Shown here: positions 10,472 through 20,439 of the stretch, one piece after another
Layout: the number at the start of each line of letters is the position of its first letter
How positions within the stretch are numbered: the stretch's first letter is position 1
From: Dehalococcoidia bacterium
GTDB lineage: Bacteria; Chloroflexota; Dehalococcoidia; GIF9; AB-539-J10
DNA length: 64,000 nt
Reading direction: 5' to 3'
NCBI GenBank assembly: GCA_021157895.1
Contig: JAGGVQ010000017.1
Coordinates: 32,395-96,394 of the forward strand
Program-made: the position numbers and the translations under genes
Notes under the pieces: model-generated
Seen by the model: the letters and a program-made list of their open reading frames with translations, nothing else
What the model was told of the DNA's origin: nothing
The model's database searches: none

Positions 10472-11512
10472 ATGGCAGTGTTAAATGTAGCTGTTGTTGG
10501 TGCTACTGGGCTTGTTGGGCAGGAGTTCATCAAGATACTTGAGGAGCGCAGGTTTCCATTGTCATCGTTACGGCTGCTAGCTTCCAAGCGTTCTGCAGGG
10601 AAAGAAGTTCTGTTCAATGATCAAGTAGTTGAGGTTGAAGAAGCAAGGCCGGAGGTCTTCCGCGATGTTGATATTGCTCTTTTCTCTGCTGGATCTGATG
10701 TCAGCAGGAAGTTGTCTCCCCTAGCTGCCGAGGCAGGTGCGGTCGTCATTGATAATAGCTCAGCTTTTAGAATGGAGCCCACGGTTCCTTTAGTGGTTCC
10801 TGAAGTCAATCCTGAAGATATTGAAGGGCATGAAGGGATTATTGCCAATCCTAACTGTTCAACAATTCAGATGGTGGTGGCTCTATACCCCTTGCATAAG
10901 GTCAACCCCATTAAACGAGTCATAGTGACCACGTATCAGGCAGTGTCAGGGAGTGGCGCTGCCGCTTTAAGAGAGCTAACCAGTCAGACCAAGCTGATTT
11001 TGGAGGGGCGTCGCGTTGTTCCTCATGTATATTCTCATCAAGTGGCCTTTAACGTGTTGCCGGAGATTGATGTTTTTCTGAACAATGGTTACACGGCAGA
11101 AGAGCGAAAGATGACGGAAGAAACCCGTAAAATAATGCATGTGAAAGATATGCCGATAGCAGCAACCTGTGCCCGAGTGCCAGTTTATTTTGGGCACAGT
11201 GAAGCAGTAAATGTGGAATTTACATTCCCCATGGAGCCAGAGGAAGCAAGGGAAATTCTATCCCAGGCACCCAGCATCAGGGTGCTGGATGATGTTAGCG
11301 TTAGTTTTTATCCTCAGCCATGGGCGGCCAGTGGGTCAGATCATGTCTTCGTTGGCAGGATCAGGAAGGATATCTCTTGTGATAATGGATTGGTTATGTG
11401 GGTAGTGGCTGATAACTTGCGTAAGGGGGCGGCGCTGAATGCCATTCAGATCGCTGAGGAGGGGGTGAAAATGGGGTGGATAGCATCGCGTCACTCTGAG
11501 GTTGTGGGATGA
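10472..11512 (+). CDS. asd: Aspartate-semialdehyde dehydrogenase
   Basis: VVGATGLVGQ motif and NPNCSTIQ active-site Cys. The SD abuts the ATG, so GTG at 10478 is an alternative start. Confidence 0.9.
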   Translation: MAVLNVAVVGATGLVGQEFIKILEERRFPLSSLRLLASKRSAGKEVLFNDQVVEVEEARPEVFRDVDIALFSAGSDVSRKLSPLAAEAGAVVIDNSSAFRMEPTVPLVVPEVNPEDIEGHEGIIANPNCSTIQMVVALYPLHKVNPIKRVIVTTYQAVSGSGAAALRELTSQTKLILEGRRVVPHVYSHQVAFNVLPEIDVFLNNGYTAEERKMTEETRKIMHVKDMPIAATCARVPVYFGHSEAVNVEFTFPMEPEEAREILSQAPSIRVLDDVSVSFYPQPWAASGSDHVFVGRIRKDISCDNGLVMWVVADNLRKGAALNAIQIAEEGVKMGWIASRHSEVVG

Positions 11513-12402
11513 GAGGATTAGGGCGCTTAATAACAGCTATGGTCACACCCTTCGACAGTGAAGGCAATGTTGATTATCAGCAAGCTAAAAAGCTGGCTCG
11601 AGCCTTGCTTGATTCTGGTAGCGATGGCGTTTTGGTTTCAGGTACCACGGGGGAATCGCCTACCCTTACCAGGGATGAGAAGCTACGATTGTTTGCCGAG
11701 GTAAAATCGGCAGTTTCTGACCGGGGAGTGATTATAGCCGGCACTGGTAGCAACAATACCAGACAAAGCCAGGAGTTAACAAAGGCAGCAGAGAGCATTG
11801 GAGTGAATGCCTGTCTTCTGGTTGTTCCTTACTATAATAAGCCGACTCAGAGAGGTCTTTATGAACATTTTAAGGCCATAGCTGAATCCACAACATTGCC
11901 GTGCATACTGTATAATGTGCCATCTCGCACAGTTGCCAACTTGGCTGCTGATACTGTAATAAAATTAAGTCTGTTTGATAATATTATAGGGGTGAAGGAG
12001 GCTAGTGGTAATCTTCGCCAAATAGCTAGCATTATACAAGGAACCAGGAGTGATTTCTTGGTTTATAGTGGTAATGATGCTGACACCTTGCCTGTGCTAT
12101 CACTGGGAGGATTTGGTGTGATCAGTGTCGCATCGCACTTGGTCGGATCTCAAATCAAGGACATGATAAATAAGTTTCTTGATGGGCAGACTCAGGAAGC
12201 AGGCTTGATGCATCGCCGTTTGTTACCCTTGGTAAACTCTATGTTTGTTGTCACCAACCCGTCGCCTGTCAAATATGCCTTGGGGCATATCGGTTTCCCT
12301 GTGGGTGAACCTCGCCTCCCTTTGGTGAAGCCTGATGATAGTTCGGCTAAAGCCATCACAATGGCCTTGGACAATTATAAAATTGACTTGCCTCTCTCCT
12401 AG
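11509..12402 (+). CDS. dapA: 4-hydroxy-tetrahydrodipicolinate synthase
   Basis: ATGA overlap with asd. GTTGESPTLT and YNVPSRT motifs. Confidence 0.9.
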   Translation: MRGLGRLITAMVTPFDSEGNVDYQQAKKLARALLDSGSDGVLVSGTTGESPTLTRDEKLRLFAEVKSAVSDRGVIIAGTGSNNTRQSQELTKAAESIGVNACLLVVPYYNKPTQRGLYEHFKAIAESTTLPCILYNVPSRTVANLAADTVIKLSLFDNIIGVKEASGNLRQIASIIQGTRSDFLVYSGNDADTLPVLSLGGFGVISVASHLVGSQIKDMINKFLDGQTQEAGLMHRRLLPLVNSMFVVTNPSPVKYALGHIGFPVGEPRLPLVKPDDSSAKAITMALDNYKIDLPLS

Positions 12403-12427
12403 GAGATTACACTCCAGGTAGCAGGTT

Positions 12428-13699
12428 TCACCTACGTATCACCTGTTCGCGTCTTGGTCCTGTTGATATGAATTTTATGGGACAACCCGAGAGCTCTTCC
12501 AGTCTCGCAATATATGCTAGGGCTTTAGCGGGTAATTGTTGAAAACTATGAATGTTTCTGGTTGATGTTTGCCAACCAGGTAGTTCTTCGTAGATTGGCT
12601 GACATTGCTTCAGGAGACTTGCTTTACTGGGGAAGTAGTTTAGAATTTCTCGGTTTACTTGATAGCTCGTGCATATTTTGATGGTAGACAAGCTGTCGAG
12701 AACGTCAAGATGGGTCAGGGCTGTTGCGTCACAACTGTTAAGTTGTATGGAGAAGCGGGCTGCCACAGCATCGAACCAGCCACAGCGCCGTGGTCTTGCT
12801 GTTGTGGCTCCATACTCATGTCCTTTCTCACGCATCAGGTCACCGAATTCACCCTTGAGTTCTGTGGGCATAGGGCCTTCTCCCACCCTGGTGTTATATG
12901 CTTTAAACACGCCGATGACATGGTTGATTTCCTTAGGGCCGAGACCTGATCCTACTGCACCTGCTCCAGCAAGCGGTGAAGATGAAGTCACATAGGGATA
13001 AGTGCCAAAATCGAGATCCAGTAATGCTCCCTGTGCTCCTTCTAGCAGGATGGAGTCGTTATTCGCTAGTCCTTTGTGAAGGATAGTGCTGGTTTCCTGG
13101 ATTATGGGGGCCAGTTGCTTCCCGTAATCGCGATATTGCTCGTATGTCTTTTCCAGTGAGACTGGAGCGATGTTGTATATCTTGGTCAGGATTTCATTCT
13201 TGATGTCCAGCACTGATTTGAGGTGGTGATAGAAGCTGTTATCGTCTAATAGATCGCCGGCACGAATTCCTATCCTGGCGGCCTTGTCGGCGAAGGCGGG
13301 GCCAATTCCGCGACATGTGGTACCTATCATTGCTTGTCCTCGCCTTTTCTCCTCTGCTTTGTCCAGGAGGATGTGATAGGGCATGATGAGATGAGCCCGG
13401 TCGCTGAGTATGAGCCGACTGACATCAACATCGTATGCTTGTATCTCAGTTATTTCTTGCAGGAGAATTGCTGGGTTCACCACCACTCCGCTACCGATGA
13501 TACAGGTTGTCTGGGGATAGAATATGCCTGAAGGTATGAGATGCAATCTAAATTCACCGTAAGGGTTAATTACAGTGTGGCCAGCGTTATCTCCACCAGA
13601 GAAGCGCACTACAATATCGGCTTTTTCTGCCAGGGTATCGATTATCTTCCCTTTGCCCTCGTCTCCCCATTGACTTCCTACAATAGCTATGACTGCCAT
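12428..13699 (-). CDS. purA: Adenylosuccinate synthetase
   Basis: GSQWGDEGKGK P-loop at the N-terminus. 423 aa. Confidence 0.95.
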   Translation of the reverse strand: MAVIAIVGSQWGDEGKGKIIDTLAEKADIVVRFSGGDNAGHTVINPYGEFRLHLIPSGIFYPQTTCIIGSGVVVNPAILLQEITEIQAYDVDVSRLILSDRAHLIMPYHILLDKAEEKRRGQAMIGTTCRGIGPAFADKAARIGIRAGDLLDDNSFYHHLKSVLDIKNEILTKIYNIAPVSLEKTYEQYRDYGKQLAPIIQETSTILHKGLANNDSILLEGAQGALLDLDFGTYPYVTSSSPLAGAGAVGSGLGPKEINHVIGVFKAYNTRVGEGPMPTELKGEFGDLMREKGHEYGATTARPRRCGWFDAVAARFSIQLNSCDATALTHLDVLDSLSTIKICTSYQVNREILNYFPSKASLLKQCQPIYEELPGWQTSTRNIHSFQQLPAKALAYIARLEELSGCPIKFISTGPRREQVIRR

Positions 13700-14289
13700 T
13701 CTCTATTCCTACTTCCATTTTGCTGCCGCACGAGGATCAATCTCTGAGCTACAGTGATATAAACGAATACTACCAAAACCCATAGGATAATAGGGATTTG
13801 ATTTATAAGCAAGCCTACGGCGATGACGATAACTCTTTCTGCTCGAGTAAACCATCCAACTTTACACTTTAGCCCTAATCCCTCTGACCTAGCCCTGATA
13901 TAGCTGGTGAGGAAGGATCCCATTAGTATTGCTAGGATGAGTATAATTTGCAGCATATCTCCATGGGATGCATACTGTATTAGTAGGCTACTCAGTATTA
14001 TTGCTTCGGATATTCGGTCAACTGTGGAATCAAGGATGGCGCCGAAAGTGGAGCCTCTATTGGTAAGACGAGCCAATGCTCCGTCTAGAATATCACATAG
14101 ACCTGATACTAGGATTACGATTCCACTGATGAAGAATGAACTGCTGAGAATGAAATAGGCTGCAAGGATATTAAGGGCCAATCCTATAATAGTTATGACG
14201 TTTGGTGTTATCCCTGTTTTGTTTAATTGTCTAACCAAAGGAGATGTAATTCGAGCAGAAATGTTGCTACGGAGTTGTTCTAATGTCAT
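13687..14289 (-). CDS. CDP-alcohol phosphatidyltransferase (candidate phosphatidylinositol-phosphate synthase type)
   Basis: DILDGALARLTNRGSTFGAILDSTVDRISE matches D-x2-DG-x2-AR-x8-G-x3-D-x3-D. About 6 TM segments. Last gene of a string that begins with inositol-1-P synthase. Confidence 0.75.
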   Translation of the reverse strand: MTLEQLRSNISARITSPLVRQLNKTGITPNVITIIGLALNILAAYFILSSSFFISGIVILVSGLCDILDGALARLTNRGSTFGAILDSTVDRISEAIILSSLLIQYASHGDMLQIILILAILMGSFLTSYIRARSEGLGLKCKVGWFTRAERVIVIAVGLLINQIPIILWVLVVFVYITVAQRLILVRQQNGSRNREWQS

Positions 14290-14435
14290 AAATTAAGCTG
14301 CTCTTATAGAACTATGTTTCATTGCCCTGGGTATCTCGATGATGGCTACTTTGTTTTTCGCTCTTTGCAATCTGAGGCTGATTGTGTCCTGGTAATTGAT
14401 ATAACTCAACTCCATAATTGTTGATAAACGCAAGT

Positions 14436-15431
14436 TCATTTCTTAAAAATTTGCTTAATGAATGAGGGAACATCCTTCAGTAGTTTTCCTAGAGAACCAT
14501 CGCTGTATGCTCTTATACTGGTGTAGCAACCTCCACACTGATTGCTCCGTGAGAAATCCTCTGTCATTTCTTTTTGGGTAGAGTATTTTTGGCGATGCAT
14601 TGGACAAGGAACGAAGGCTCCATCGGGCATTACACAGAAGAATCGTATGCCTGCCTTGCAGTTTGGTGTATATCCCTTTTCAAAGAATTTTATTGTGTCC
14701 AGTAAAACAGTTTTGGAGTTTGTTATGTGGTATCCGTTCCCCTTTAGAGTAATAAGCTCTTTGATGGTTTGGCGCAGAAGATTTAGAGAGTCATCTCCGC
14801 TCAGACTGTAGTTTTTATCTCCTGTTCGTAAGGCAGTGTATGCGCTGTATGATACAGATACTTTCCACTCCTCAGATTTCTTTGCTATGGATATCAAATC
14901 TGGCAAGTTAGCACTGGTGATTGCAGTGTTAAGGATGACGTCCTTATAGCCAAAGTCGGCTATTTTGGGAATGGTTTGCTCCAGGTGCTTATATAAACCT
15001 GGGTACCTGCGAAAATCATCATGTCTTTCATCAGGAAAATCAAGTGACACCGAGAATTGGTTAACGCCAGCCTCTCGTAGTTGTAAGTAGTTGTCCTTAT
15101 TTAGCAATACTCCGTTGGAAACGAGTATGATGTAGGGATTACCCCCATTTTGTTTAATAGCTTTAATTATCTCTATTACATCTTTGCGTAGCAGGGGTTC
15201 CCCACCAGAGATTTGGACTACAGGTGCCTTTAATGATCGAGCAAGGCGAGCATACTCGGATGGGGCTATGCGTTTCTCGTTCTTGATGATTCCGCCAAGA
15301 TCACAGTGTCGGCAATTACAAACACAGGATAGTGTTATTTCATAGGAGACCACTAGTGGTCGATTGGTTATGTAATTATAGATTCCTCTACCTGCTAGCT
15401 TTGTCATGTCCTTGATAGACATATTTACCAT
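14436..15431 (-). CDS. Radical SAM enzyme with C-terminal Cys-rich (SPASM/twitch-like) region, function unknown
   Basis: CVCNCRHC contains CX3CX2C. GGEPLL SAM-binding motif. C-terminal Cys residues: NCKAG...FFC...VPC...CGGC. Confidence 0.75.
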   Translation of the reverse strand: MVNMSIKDMTKLAGRGIYNYITNRPLVVSYEITLSCVCNCRHCDLGGIIKNEKRIAPSEYARLARSLKAPVVQISGGEPLLRKDVIEIIKAIKQNGGNPYIILVSNGVLLNKDNYLQLREAGVNQFSVSLDFPDERHDDFRRYPGLYKHLEQTIPKIADFGYKDVILNTAITSANLPDLISIAKKSEEWKVSVSYSAYTALRTGDKNYSLSGDDSLNLLRQTIKELITLKGNGYHITNSKTVLLDTIKFFEKGYTPNCKAGIRFFCVMPDGAFVPCPMHRQKYSTQKEMTEDFSRSNQCGGCYTSIRAYSDGSLGKLLKDVPSFIKQIFKK

Positions 15432-15446
15432 GTCGCCTTCTTTGAA

Positions 15447-16601
15447 TTAAGCATTTGAGGGTATCCTGATAAGCTCTTCGTATTTTTCACTTACCTTAGT
15501 CCAGGTCCATTGCCGTTCCACCAGATCGCGTCCATTTTTTGCTAGTTGCAAGTGCTTAGGCTCGTCGGAGAATAACTCGGTTATTTTTGTAATCATCTCC
15601 TTGTTGTTGTTTACCAGGTATCCCACTGGCTCGTTCTGGAAAACGAAACGGTGAGCATAGATATTCTTTACGATGGGCACGGTTCCTGTGGCCATCGCTT
15701 CAACCAGGGGTAATCCAAATCCCTCCATTTGGGAGTTGGAGATATAAATGGCACATTTTTCTAACAGTTTAATTTTCTCACCTTCGGTTAAATAACCGTG
15801 CATGGTAACATTATCGAAAACAGATAATTGGTTAATCCTTTGTATGATCTCCTTGTGTTTTGGGCCATCGCCAATGATGTGTAACATTACATCAGGAAAG
15901 CTTATCTTTATTTGGGGAATAATGTCTATGAGGGAGGTGACCCCTTTCAGTTCGGCTAATCTGCCAATGTAAATTAAACTGTGCTGTAATTTATTCTGGC
16001 TAAATTGATAATTCTCGATATCAACCCCATTTCCGACCACTACGATTCTATTTTCAGGGAAACCTTCTTGTATGAAGGTTTTTTTTACCTCGGGATTAAT
16101 GACTCCAATCTTGTTTAGCTTGAGGATATGAAGTGCGAGTTTCTCCAGGAGCCCGATAGAACGGACTGCGCGTCTGGAGGAGCCATTTACATCCTGGGTG
16201 CGGTATAGATGATGAATGACTCCTATTTTAGTTGTCGTGATTGCCTTTTGAGGAACGAGTGTGATGAGGGCCGAAATTAAGAAATTGTTTGCAATTAAAA
16301 TGTCTGGTTTTTCTTGCCTGATATACTTATAGGTTTCCCGGAAGAAAGATAAATCCCCGATTTTACTCCATCTGACCCACCTGGAATTGCCCAAGCAGAT
16401 AACCTTCACCCCTTTATATTCCAGTGTATGTTTCTGGTGAACCCCAGGGGAGTTGGGGCATATTACTGTAACATCATAGCTACGCGCCAAGTTTATGGCA
16501 ACAAATAAAGCATGAACTGAGCCCCCTTCGGTAAAACTGAGTCTTTCATTCTCTATCACCGGAGCTCCGGTGATGTGAATAATAGCTATTTTTTGCCGCA
16601 T
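15447..16601 (-). CDS. GT4-family (GT-B) glycosyltransferase
   Basis: C-terminal EGFGLPLVEAMATGTVPIV motif. 384 aa. Only 15 nt upstream of the radical SAM gene. Confidence 0.8.
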   Translation of the reverse strand: MRQKIAIIHITGAPVIENERLSFTEGGSVHALFVAINLARSYDVTVICPNSPGVHQKHTLEYKGVKVICLGNSRWVRWSKIGDLSFFRETYKYIRQEKPDILIANNFLISALITLVPQKAITTTKIGVIHHLYRTQDVNGSSRRAVRSIGLLEKLALHILKLNKIGVINPEVKKTFIQEGFPENRIVVVGNGVDIENYQFSQNKLQHSLIYIGRLAELKGVTSLIDIIPQIKISFPDVMLHIIGDGPKHKEIIQRINQLSVFDNVTMHGYLTEGEKIKLLEKCAIYISNSQMEGFGLPLVEAMATGTVPIVKNIYAHRFVFQNEPVGYLVNNNKEMITKITELFSDEPKHLQLAKNGRDLVERQWTWTKVSEKYEELIRIPSNA

Positions 16602-16660
16602 TTGAGCTGGAGCTCAATCTCACATGTTGAACATATACGCACAATTCTTATAGAGAAGGT

Positions 16661-17785
16661 TTATGTTTTGATTGTGGCCGTGCGCAGGTCAGGCAGTGAA
16701 ATCGGTCCCTCCTCATCTCGGCCAGCAATGTATGCTTCAGTTTTTTCGTGAGCTTCGGAATCAGAATATTGTATTGGAGGGGATTTCATAAAGTATGATG
16801 CTGGAGCTACGATTGTGCCACTCAAGCCTCGATCTAAGGCCAATTTACAGCATCTTACTGCATCGATAACAACTCCGGCCGAGTTAGGGCTATCCCACAC
16901 CTCCATTTTTAATTCCATATTCAGCGGGACATCTCCGAAGGTGCGACCCTCCATCTTTATATAGCAAAACTTGCGATCATCCAACCAAGGCACGTAATCG
17001 CTGGGGCCGACATGAATATCGTGAGGGTCGATCGCATAGTCTAGCTGTGAGGTTACGGAATTGGTTTTGGATATCCTTTTGGATTCCAAGCGCTCTCGCT
17101 CCAACATATTGTAAAAATCGGTATTACCACCAAAATTTAGTTGATAGGTGTGCTCTAGCTTGACTCCGCGATCGCGAAACAGTCTGGTTAACACACGGTG
17201 TGTGATGGTGGCGCCTACCTGAGATTTGATGTCATCTCCGATGACAGGTAGTCCGTGATCGGCAAAGCGATTTTGCCAGTAGGTCTCACGGGCGATAAAA
17301 ACAGGGATGCAGTTCACCATGCCGCACCCTGCTTCTAATATCTGTTCTATATACCATTTAGTGGCTTCCTCGCTGCCTACAGGCAGATAGTTAATGACCA
17401 CATCGGTATGAGTATCCTTGAGTATGCCGACAATGTCGGCAGTTGGTCCTGGGGCGGGGGTAATCATCTGGGAGAGGTATTTCCCCAGCCCATCATGTAC
17501 CATGCCACGCCTGACACGAACACCTGATGGTGGTACATCACAGAACTTAAAAGTATTGTTGGGAGGAGTATAGATAGCCTCAGACAGGTCTTTGCCCACC
17601 TTGTTCTTATCGATATCAAAAGCCGCAACGAAATCGATATCAGAGATATGATAACCCCCAAGGTTTACGTGCATCAGCCCCGGGACGAAGTCGTCCTCAC
17701 TGGCATCCTGATAATAATGTACTCCCTGTACTAGTGAAGAGGCGCAGTTCCCTACTCCTATGATGGCTACATTTATTTTTCCCAT
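16661..17785 (-). CDS. myo-Inositol-1-phosphate synthase (short archaeal/bacterial type)
   Basis: N-terminal [18 protein letters not shown] Rossmann motif. 374 aa. Conserved LNFGGNTDF region. Confidence 0.85.
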   Translation of the reverse strand: MGKINVAIIGVGNCASSLVQGVHYYQDASEDDFVPGLMHVNLGGYHISDIDFVAAFDIDKNKVGKDLSEAIYTPPNNTFKFCDVPPSGVRVRRGMVHDGLGKYLSQMITPAPGPTADIVGILKDTHTDVVINYLPVGSEEATKWYIEQILEAGCGMVNCIPVFIARETYWQNRFADHGLPVIGDDIKSQVGATITHRVLTRLFRDRGVKLEHTYQLNFGGNTDFYNMLERERLESKRISKTNSVTSQLDYAIDPHDIHVGPSDYVPWLDDRKFCYIKMEGRTFGDVPLNMELKMEVWDSPNSAGVVIDAVRCCKLALDRGLSGTIVAPASYFMKSPPIQYSDSEAHEKTEAYIAGRDEEGPISLPDLRTATIKT

Positions 17786-17999
17786 GATCTTTACTCTCCT
17801 TTAACGAGTGTATAAACCGACAAAACTAACTATTCCTAGCAAGCCGCATGGTTTGCAGAATCATTCTTACTGAAAGTTTTATAGTTTTGTGATTATTCCT
17901 TCGGTATTAAATTTGGTGCCCTTTAATTGTATCTGGTCAACATACTCCATTATAGCTGGGCATGTCAATATATCGTGGTACCCAGGTAGTTCTATCAAT

Positions 18000-18347
18000 C
18001 TATGCTGTCCTGTTAACCTGGTCTATCAACTGAAGTATTCTTGTTCCTTTCTCAATGGAATCATCGTAATAGAAACTGAGCTGGGGTATGCGTCTCAATC
18101 TTACGCGGGATGATAACTCCCTGCGCAAGAAACCAGAGGCAGCGTTGAAACCCTCTAGCATGTATTTGGCGTCATCTATATCTCCTAGAACACTGACGTG
18201 TATTTTGGCAAATTTAAGGTCAGGTGATATAGATACTTCAGTTACTGTGATTAGATTGCTCAATCTGGGATCACAGACCTCACGCTCAAGCAGGTCGCTA
18301 ATTTCTTGCTTGACCAGCTTACTTAATCGCTCGATACGCCTAGACAT
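18000..18347 (-). CDS. rbfA: Ribosome-binding factor A
   Basis: 115 aa. RIERLSKLVKQEISDLL...DPRL...VTEVSISPDLKFAKIHVS pattern. Downstream of infB. Confidence 0.9.
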   Translation of the reverse strand: MSRRIERLSKLVKQEISDLLEREVCDPRLSNLITVTEVSISPDLKFAKIHVSVLGDIDDAKYMLEGFNAASGFLRRELSSRVRLRRIPQLSFYYDDSIEKGTRILQLIDQVNRTA

Positions 18348-18377
18348 TTCAACCTGTTGGGAAATGGGAAATATGAC

Positions 18378-20177
18378 TTATGTTGCCTTTTCTTGTTTAT
18401 AGATCTCAATGATATCACCAACTTGAAAATCGTTAAGTCCTTCTATACCTATGCCGCATTCGAAACCAGTGCTTACCTCTTTGACATCTTCCTTGAAACG
18501 CTTCAAGCTGGATACTTTAGATTGGTAAATCACCTTGCCTTGATGTAATACCCTGGCTTGGGCATCTCGTAGCATCTTTCCTTCTTTTACATAAATTCCA
18601 GCAACTTTATTCTTTTTTCCACTGGTGTAGACAGCTCTCACCTCGGCTTGTCCTATGATCACTTCTATATAAGTGGGCTCCAGTATTCCTTTGAGAGTCT
18701 TCTCTATATCCTCTACCAGCTTGTAAATGATATCGTAGTGATGAATGCTAACCCCTTCTTTATCAGCCATCTGTTGTGCCCCAGGTGTAGGACGAGCATT
18801 AAAACCAATAATTATGCCACCTGAGGCAGAAGCTAAAAGCACATCGCTCTCTGTGATATTGCCGCTAGCAGCATGTATGATATTTACCCTGGTCTTTTCT
18901 GTACTTGATTTCTCAATGGAAGTTTTTATGGGCTCAATGCTACCCTGGACGTCTGTTTTCAGGATTACAGTAATTTCTTTCACCTGTTCCTTGCTTATCT
19001 GGCTGGAGAGTGACGTTAAGCTCATGGGAGCAGTGGTAGATGTAGCCCTGCTTTCCATCATGTCCCGTGCTATATGTTCACTGGAAACGATGCTGAAGGT
19101 ATTTCCAGCTGTGGGTATCCCATTCATACCCAGCACCTCTACCGGAGTTGATGGCCCTGCTTTCTTTATCTGGTCTCCATGATCGTTAAACATGGCTTTG
19201 ATTTTCCCCCAGGTATTACCCGCCACAACAACATTACCTTTTTCCAGGGTGCCATTCTGAACCAGGAGAGTTGCCAGAGGCCCCTTATTTTTACTTAGTT
19301 GAGCTTCAATTACCACACCTGTCGCAGGCTGCTTGGGATTAGCCTTTAATTCTAAGATGTCAGCAACCAGAAACAAGTTCTCTAGCAAGTCAGAGATACC
19401 TTGTTCCTCTTTGGCTGATAGTGGAACACAGATGATGTCTCCTCCCCATTCCTCTATTGTCAGGCCCAGGCTATTCAGCCCCTTTTTGACCATATCCACG
19501 TTGGCATTAGGTTTGTCAATCTTGTTGATGGCTACCACTATGGGAACACCTGCTGCCTTAGCGTGGTTTATGGCCTCTATTGTTTGTGGCATAATGCCAT
19601 CATCGGCGGCAATCACCAGGACAACGATATCAGTTACATTTGCACCATGAGCTCTCATTGCGGTAAAAGCTTCATGTCCAGGTGTATCCAAGAAAGTTAT
19701 TTTACGTCCATTTATTGTAGCCTGGTAAGCACCGATGTGTTGTGTGATCTCACCTGCCTCGTGGGCAGTGACATGGGTTTTTCTGATGGCATCAAGTAAA
19801 GTTGTCTTGCCATGATCTACGTGCCCCATGGCAGTGACTACCGGTGGTCGGGTCGAGAGATTTTTCTTCTTCTGAATCTCATGAGGAGAGGCAACTCTGG
19901 ATGTTATCTTATGCTTCGCTGTGTATCCGAACTCTGAGGTTATTTCCGCTGCAGTATCGTAATCAATTATTTGATTGACATTGGCCATGATGCCGTGGCG
20001 CATCAGTTGCTTAATAACCCTGACCGGCTCTATGTCCAGTTCGATGGCTAGCTGTTTTACTGTTATAACTGCAGGGAGCTTGACCTGAGGCAGATCAGTA
20101 ACCTTATTCCCTCCCTGATTATTAGTTGTTTTGCTGGGACTCAAACCAATCTCCTTATACCTTGAATAACTCTTCAC
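18378..20177 (-). CDS. infB: Translation initiation factor IF-2 (short N-terminus)
   Basis: GHVDHGKTTLLD G1 motif and DTPGHEAF. 599 aa. Confidence 0.95.
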   Translation of the reverse strand: MKSYSRYKEIGLSPSKTTNNQGGNKVTDLPQVKLPAVITVKQLAIELDIEPVRVIKQLMRHGIMANVNQIIDYDTAAEITSEFGYTAKHKITSRVASPHEIQKKKNLSTRPPVVTAMGHVDHGKTTLLDAIRKTHVTAHEAGEITQHIGAYQATINGRKITFLDTPGHEAFTAMRAHGANVTDIVVLVIAADDGIMPQTIEAINHAKAAGVPIVVAINKIDKPNANVDMVKKGLNSLGLTIEEWGGDIICVPLSAKEEQGISDLLENLFLVADILELKANPKQPATGVVIEAQLSKNKGPLATLLVQNGTLEKGNVVVAGNTWGKIKAMFNDHGDQIKKAGPSTPVEVLGMNGIPTAGNTFSIVSSEHIARDMMESRATSTTAPMSLTSLSSQISKEQVKEITVILKTDVQGSIEPIKTSIEKSSTEKTRVNIIHAASGNITESDVLLASASGGIIIGFNARPTPGAQQMADKEGVSIHHYDIIYKLVEDIEKTLKGILEPTYIEVIIGQAEVRAVYTSGKKNKVAGIYVKEGKMLRDAQARVLHQGKVIYQSKVSSLKRFKEDVKEVSTGFECGIGIEGLNDFQVGDIIEIYKQEKAT

Positions 20178-20439
20178 CGTAATCTAGCAAGGCCTGCTGG
20201 TTGTCAGGGCTAAGTTTGACTTGCAAGGCATGTTCCAGGTATTTTCCCCCTATTCCTTTTGCCCAGCAAGCACCTTGCATGCATATGTAAGCTCCTCTCC
20301 CAGGTTCCCTGTGTGTTGGGTCTACTTTGATGATACCATCTTTGGTTGCTATCAACCGAATCATATTCCTCTTTTCCTTAACCTGTCTGCAGGCGATGCA
20401 GGTACGTAGTGGCATATGTTTATTCTTCGTATTCGTCAT
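20155..20439 (-). CDS. ylxR: YlxR/DUF448-family RNA-binding protein
   Basis: PLRTCIACR motif, located between nusA and infB. An alternative ATG at 20415 would remove the overlap with nusA. Confidence 0.8.
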   Translation of the reverse strand: MTNTKNKHMPLRTCIACRQVKEKRNMIRLIATKDGIIKVDPTHREPGRGAYICMQGACWAKGIGGKYLEHALQVKLSPDNQQALLDYGEELFKV

